A stretch of 6,699 nucleotides of DNA from a virus. Both the position numbers and the translations under genes were made by a program. Where the stretch lies: the IMG/VR virus record IMGVR_UViG_3300001522_000241. One strand, 5' to 3'. Below, one piece after another: positions 4,750 through 6,699 of this stretch. Numbering within the stretch: the first letter of the stretch is position 1; the number at the start of each line of letters is the position of its first letter. Under the pieces are notes generated by a model. That model was not told where the DNA came from. It was given only the letters and a program-made list of their open reading frames with translations, and ran no database searches.

Positions 4750-6152
4750 CAGTCAGATCCTCCGGAGAATTTGCGCAGGATGATCAGCGCGGACATGAGG
4801 TAGCCGAGGGCGATAACGATCGGCCGGACCATCGCGGCCCAGTCGCAGATCGGCTCCCAGGACAGGGTAAAAGAGCCTCCGAAGGCTCCTGGCATCGAGA
4901 AAGTGCGATCAGCCGGGCACGCGAGATTGCCGAAGCTGATGGTGTCCTCTGAAAGACCGGCGACGACAGTGCCGGCATCGAGAGTGGCGGAGGGGATCGC
5001 GTTATCAGGCTGGCCGTCACCGTCGCCGTCCTCGCTGCTGGTGATCGAGGGGCCTTCGAGATATTCCTCATCGCCGACGAAATCCCGATGCTCGGTTGTG
5101 GCGTCACAACGGACGTGGAAAAGCTCGATCGCGAGAGCGCACTGGATGGCGTCCATATTGTCGGAGCACTCCGGCTCCACGCGCTCGCCGGGTTCGCAGG
5201 TACCGCCATCGTGATAGCCGTCGCCGGGTTCGTTGCCGTCACCCTCGCCGTCGTCTATGCCACCGGGCTCACCGTCGGGAATGCCGTTGCCGTCGCCGTC
5301 TTGCTCACCGTCCGGAGTGCCGTCGCCATCGGCGTCGGGATCATCAGGATTGGGGTCATCGGCGTTAGGAATACCGTCGCCATCGCTGTCGGCGCTGCCG
5401 TCGCTATCAGACGGTTCCTCATAATTGGGGTCATCCTGACCGCAGTACCAGTCACCGGTAGAACCACCGGCCTCATTACAACTTTCATCTGTTTCTGGTG
5501 CACGACAATAGGTCTGACCATTAGGAGCAGTAACGCTGTTTGGACAGCCGCCGCCACCACCGGGACAGTACCGACCATCGAACCCCTGATAACAACCATC
5601 CTCATCCGTATATTCGTCCCACGGTTCCGAAGGCTCAGCACCGTCAGACTCATCGCAGTAAACACCGGTGCTGGTGGCGTCGTAGAAATACCGCCGCACG
5701 CCGTTAACCTGAATCCAAGGCACTGAACCGGAGGAGCTCGTGGTCATTACGCAATTGGAATAACAGGCATCCGAACCAAGCGGAGAGGAGGAAACGACCT
5801 GCTGAGTCTCTCCGGCGGGAATCGGGCATTCAGTGATGGGACCGAAACACAAATAACCGCCAGGATTTGCGGGATCAGGTCCTAGACGAGGAAACGACGA
5901 TGACGAGCAATAAACCGCCCTATACTGCGTATTGCCGTTAGAATCAGTAAATGGATCGCAAACACCGCTATGATACGATGATAAAAACGCCCCACAATCC
6001 TCCTGATAATAAAATTGTTTAGTTAATGGAGCGACGCCCTCAGCGGCCGAAACAAACGACGCTAACGAACAGAGAGCAAGCCCCACAACGAGACCAGCAC
6101 AACGAAGAAGTAAAGCCACGGACCAAAATCCCCTTCCATAATCACCTCCCAT
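4749..6152 (-). CDS. gIII: gIII-like adsorption / minor coat protein with a Cys-rich N-domain, acidic repeat linker and C-terminal anchor
   Basis: I prefer the start at the ATG at 6152 (MGGDYGRGFWSVALLL), which has GGGAG 6 nt upstream. The track start at 6266 would run through the terminator and gVIII. It has a signal-peptide-like N-terminus ending VSA/AEG, many Cys in the first ~280 mature residues, and a D/G/P-rich tract. The C-terminal hydrophobic anchor is IVIALGYLMSALIIL followed by RK. Confidence 0.75.
   Translation of the reverse strand: MGGDYGRGFWSVALLLRCAGLVVGLALCSLASFVSAAEGVAPLTKQFYYQEDCGAFLSSYHSGVCDPFTDSNGNTQYRAVYCSSSSFPRLGPDPANPGGYLCFGPITECPIPAGETQQVVSSSPLGSDACYSNCVMTTSSSGSVPWIQVNGVRRYFYDATSTGVYCDESDGAEPSEPWDEYTDEDGCYQGFDGRYCPGGGGGCPNSVTAPNGQTYCRAPETDESCNEAGGSTGDWYCGQDDPNYEEPSDSDGSADSDGDGIPNADDPNPDDPDADGDGTPDGEQDGDGNGIPDGEPGGIDDGEGDGNEPGDGYHDGGTCEPGERVEPECSDNMDAIQCALAIELFHVRCDATTEHRDFVGDEEYLEGPSITSSEDGDGDGQPDNAIPSATLDAGTVVAGLSEDTISFGNLACPADRTFSMPGAFGGSFTLSWEPICDWAAMVRPIVIALGYLMSALIILRKFSGGSD
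5205..5432 (-). repeat. Asp/Gly/Pro-rich tract encoding tandem DxDxDGxxDxxD-type (thrombospondin type 3-like) repeats
   Basis: The translated tract includes DSDGDGIPNADD, DADGDGTPDGEQD and DGDGNGIPDGE (core at 5268-5390). A fourth copy, DGDGDGQPDNA, is encoded at 4995-5030. The biased composition also creates long spurious ORFs on both strands here. Confidence 0.6.
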
Positions 6153-6185
6153 TTTTATCTCCCAAAGACCGGTAGTCGCTCGGAG

Positions 6186-6210
6186 ATAAAAATGGCCCCC
6201 GAAGGGGCCA
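6186..6210 (-). terminator. Rho-independent terminator downstream of the major coat gene
   Basis: On the minus strand the stem is TGGCCCC-TTCG-GGGGCCA (7 bp with a UUCG-type tetraloop, plus 6193-6210). ATTTTTAT follows immediately. It starts 7 nt after the gVIII stop and lies upstream of the gIII RBS, the classic inovirus arrangement. Confidence 0.85.
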
Positions 6211-6216
6211 CCCTGA

Positions 6217-6348
6217 TTAACGTCCCAGCATGCTCTTGACTTGCCGGAACGCCCAGATGCCTGCAATCACAGTCACCACAGCCAGACCAATCGGAGACAG
6301 GTCGGTGAGTGCACCGGTGATCGCAGTATCAACGCCGGTAAAATCCAT
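6217..6348 (-). CDS. gVIII: Major coat protein, 43 aa with no signal peptide (gVIII analogue, Pf3-like organisation)
   Basis: Absent from the ORF track because it is short; I translated it by hand as MDFTGVDTAITGALTDLSPIGLAVVTVIAGIWAFRQVKSMLGR. It has an acidic N-terminus, a hydrophobic core and a basic C-terminus (R, K, R). GGAG lies 7 nt upstream and a strong terminator follows directly. Confidence 0.8.
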   Translation of the reverse strand: MDFTGVDTAITGALTDLSPIGLAVVTVIAGIWAFRQVKSMLGR

Positions 6349-6367
6349 GACGTTTCTCCACGCGAGG

Positions 6368-6571
6368 TTAAAATAATCTGCGAGCCTGCCGAACGCAGAA
6401 GACCGCAGCCCAAAGGATGCCGATAGAGGCTAGAAGCATATTGGCATCGTCGTACGTCATCGGTGGCAAACCAAAAGGACCACCACCGGGGACGTTCTGT
6501 AGCGTGCCAGCGCAGATAACTTCTCCGCCGGGGCCCTGTTGCCATTGACCATCACACGCTATTAATTCCAT
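6368..6571 (-). CDS. Small membrane protein, candidate minor coat protein (gVII/gIX position)
   Basis: 67 aa with AGGA 6 nt upstream of the ATG. It ends 19 nt before the gVIII start. The N-terminal part has two Cys and Gly/Pro-rich stretches. The C-terminus has a hydrophobic helix MLLASIGILWAAVFCV followed by a basic RQARRLF tail. Confidence 0.5.
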   Translation of the reverse strand: MELIACDGQWQQGPGGEVICAGTLQNVPGGGPFGLPPMTYDDANMLLASIGILWAAVFCVRQARRLF

Positions 6572-6668
6572 TGCTTTTCCTGTTCTAAAAACGGTTGTGT
6601 CCGTCCTGCGGAACGGGCCCTACTCTGTAACTGAGCCGTGCGGGAAACCCACAGGGCGCATAACATCG
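6572..6668 (-). other. Structured intergenic region, continuing through 1-82 on the circle; candidate origin or packaging-signal region
   Basis: About 180 nt with no convincing ORF between gV and the structural genes. It holds several short stem-loops: ggtcc-ctc-ggacc (32-44), ggggc-aaa-gcccc (48-60), ccgtcc/ggaacgg (about 6601-6616) and tgcggg-aaa-cccaca (about 6639-6653). Function is inferred from position only. Confidence 0.3.
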
Positions 6669-6699
6669 CTGAGCCTGGGTCTCATCCCATACGGGTAAC
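6669..6699. repeat. Right copy of the 31-bp terminal direct repeat, identical to 1-31
   Basis: Exact 31/31 identity with 1-31. Confidence 0.95.

Noticed and set aside
4784-5726. Several long ORFs on both strands inside gIII (152 aa, 103 aa, 212 aa, 90 aa, 63 aa, 136 aa)
   Set aside because: They arise from the repetitive GAC/GGC/CCG-rich tract and translate to low-complexity Arg-, Ser/Pro- or Val/Ala/Thr-rich strings. None has a convincing RBS, and all lie within a well-supported gene.
6153-6266. N-terminal extension of the gIII ORF (track start at 6266)
   Set aside because: The extension would read through the intrinsic terminator and overlap the end of gVIII. The internal ATG at 6152 has a GGGAG RBS and begins a signal-peptide-like sequence.
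6273-6545. 90-aa minus-strand ORF overlapping the 67-aa ORF and the coat gene
   Set aside because: It is out of frame with two better-supported genes that have RBSs and sensible membrane-protein sequences. Its Arg/Trp/Ser-rich composition is typical of an off-frame read in GC-rich DNA.
6562-6666. 34-aa minus-strand ORF in the intergenic region (MLCALWVSRTAQ...) as a possible gVII/gIX analogue
   Set aside because: It is not hydrophobic, has only a weak AGG upstream, and overlaps the start of the 67-aa ORF. It is more likely non-coding structured DNA.
1-6699. CRISPR arrays, tRNA/rRNA genes, IS elements, toxin-antitoxin pairs or known defence genes
   Set aside because: I found no regularly spaced repeats, no cloverleaf-like or rRNA-like sequence, no transposase-like ORF and no recognisable defence or toxin domains in any frame.

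Overview
The window is one complete, circularly permuted genome of about 6,668 bp from a filamentous ssDNA phage (Inoviridae-like). Positions 1-31 are identical to 6669-6699, so the ends overlap. Sequence is GC-rich by eye.

On the minus strand the order is: three small ATGA-coupled ORFs of unknown function, an Ff-like replication initiator (gII), an Ff-like ssDNA-binding protein (gV), and a structured intergenic region that spans the window junction. These are followed by a 67-aa membrane protein, a 43-aa leaderless major coat protein missing from the ORF track (gVIII analogue), a strong intrinsic terminator, an adsorption protein (gIII analogue), a gVI-like minor coat protein, and a Zot/gI-like assembly ATPase. 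Two HTH regulator genes lie on the plus strand, divergent from the replication operon across a 132-bp control region with repeated AGGGGT motifs.

I see no secretin (gIV), integrase, transposase, tRNA, rRNA or CRISPR. The notable points are:
- A dif-like site with a perfect central region and a 10/11 XerD arm but no XerC arm, embedded in the 3' end of the repressor-like ORF.
- A 51-nt element present twice.
- About 1 kb of coupled genes of unknown function upstream of gII.
- Thrombospondin-type-3-like Asp-rich repeats in the adsorption protein.

All homology statements come from my own recognition of sequence patterns. No database search was run.
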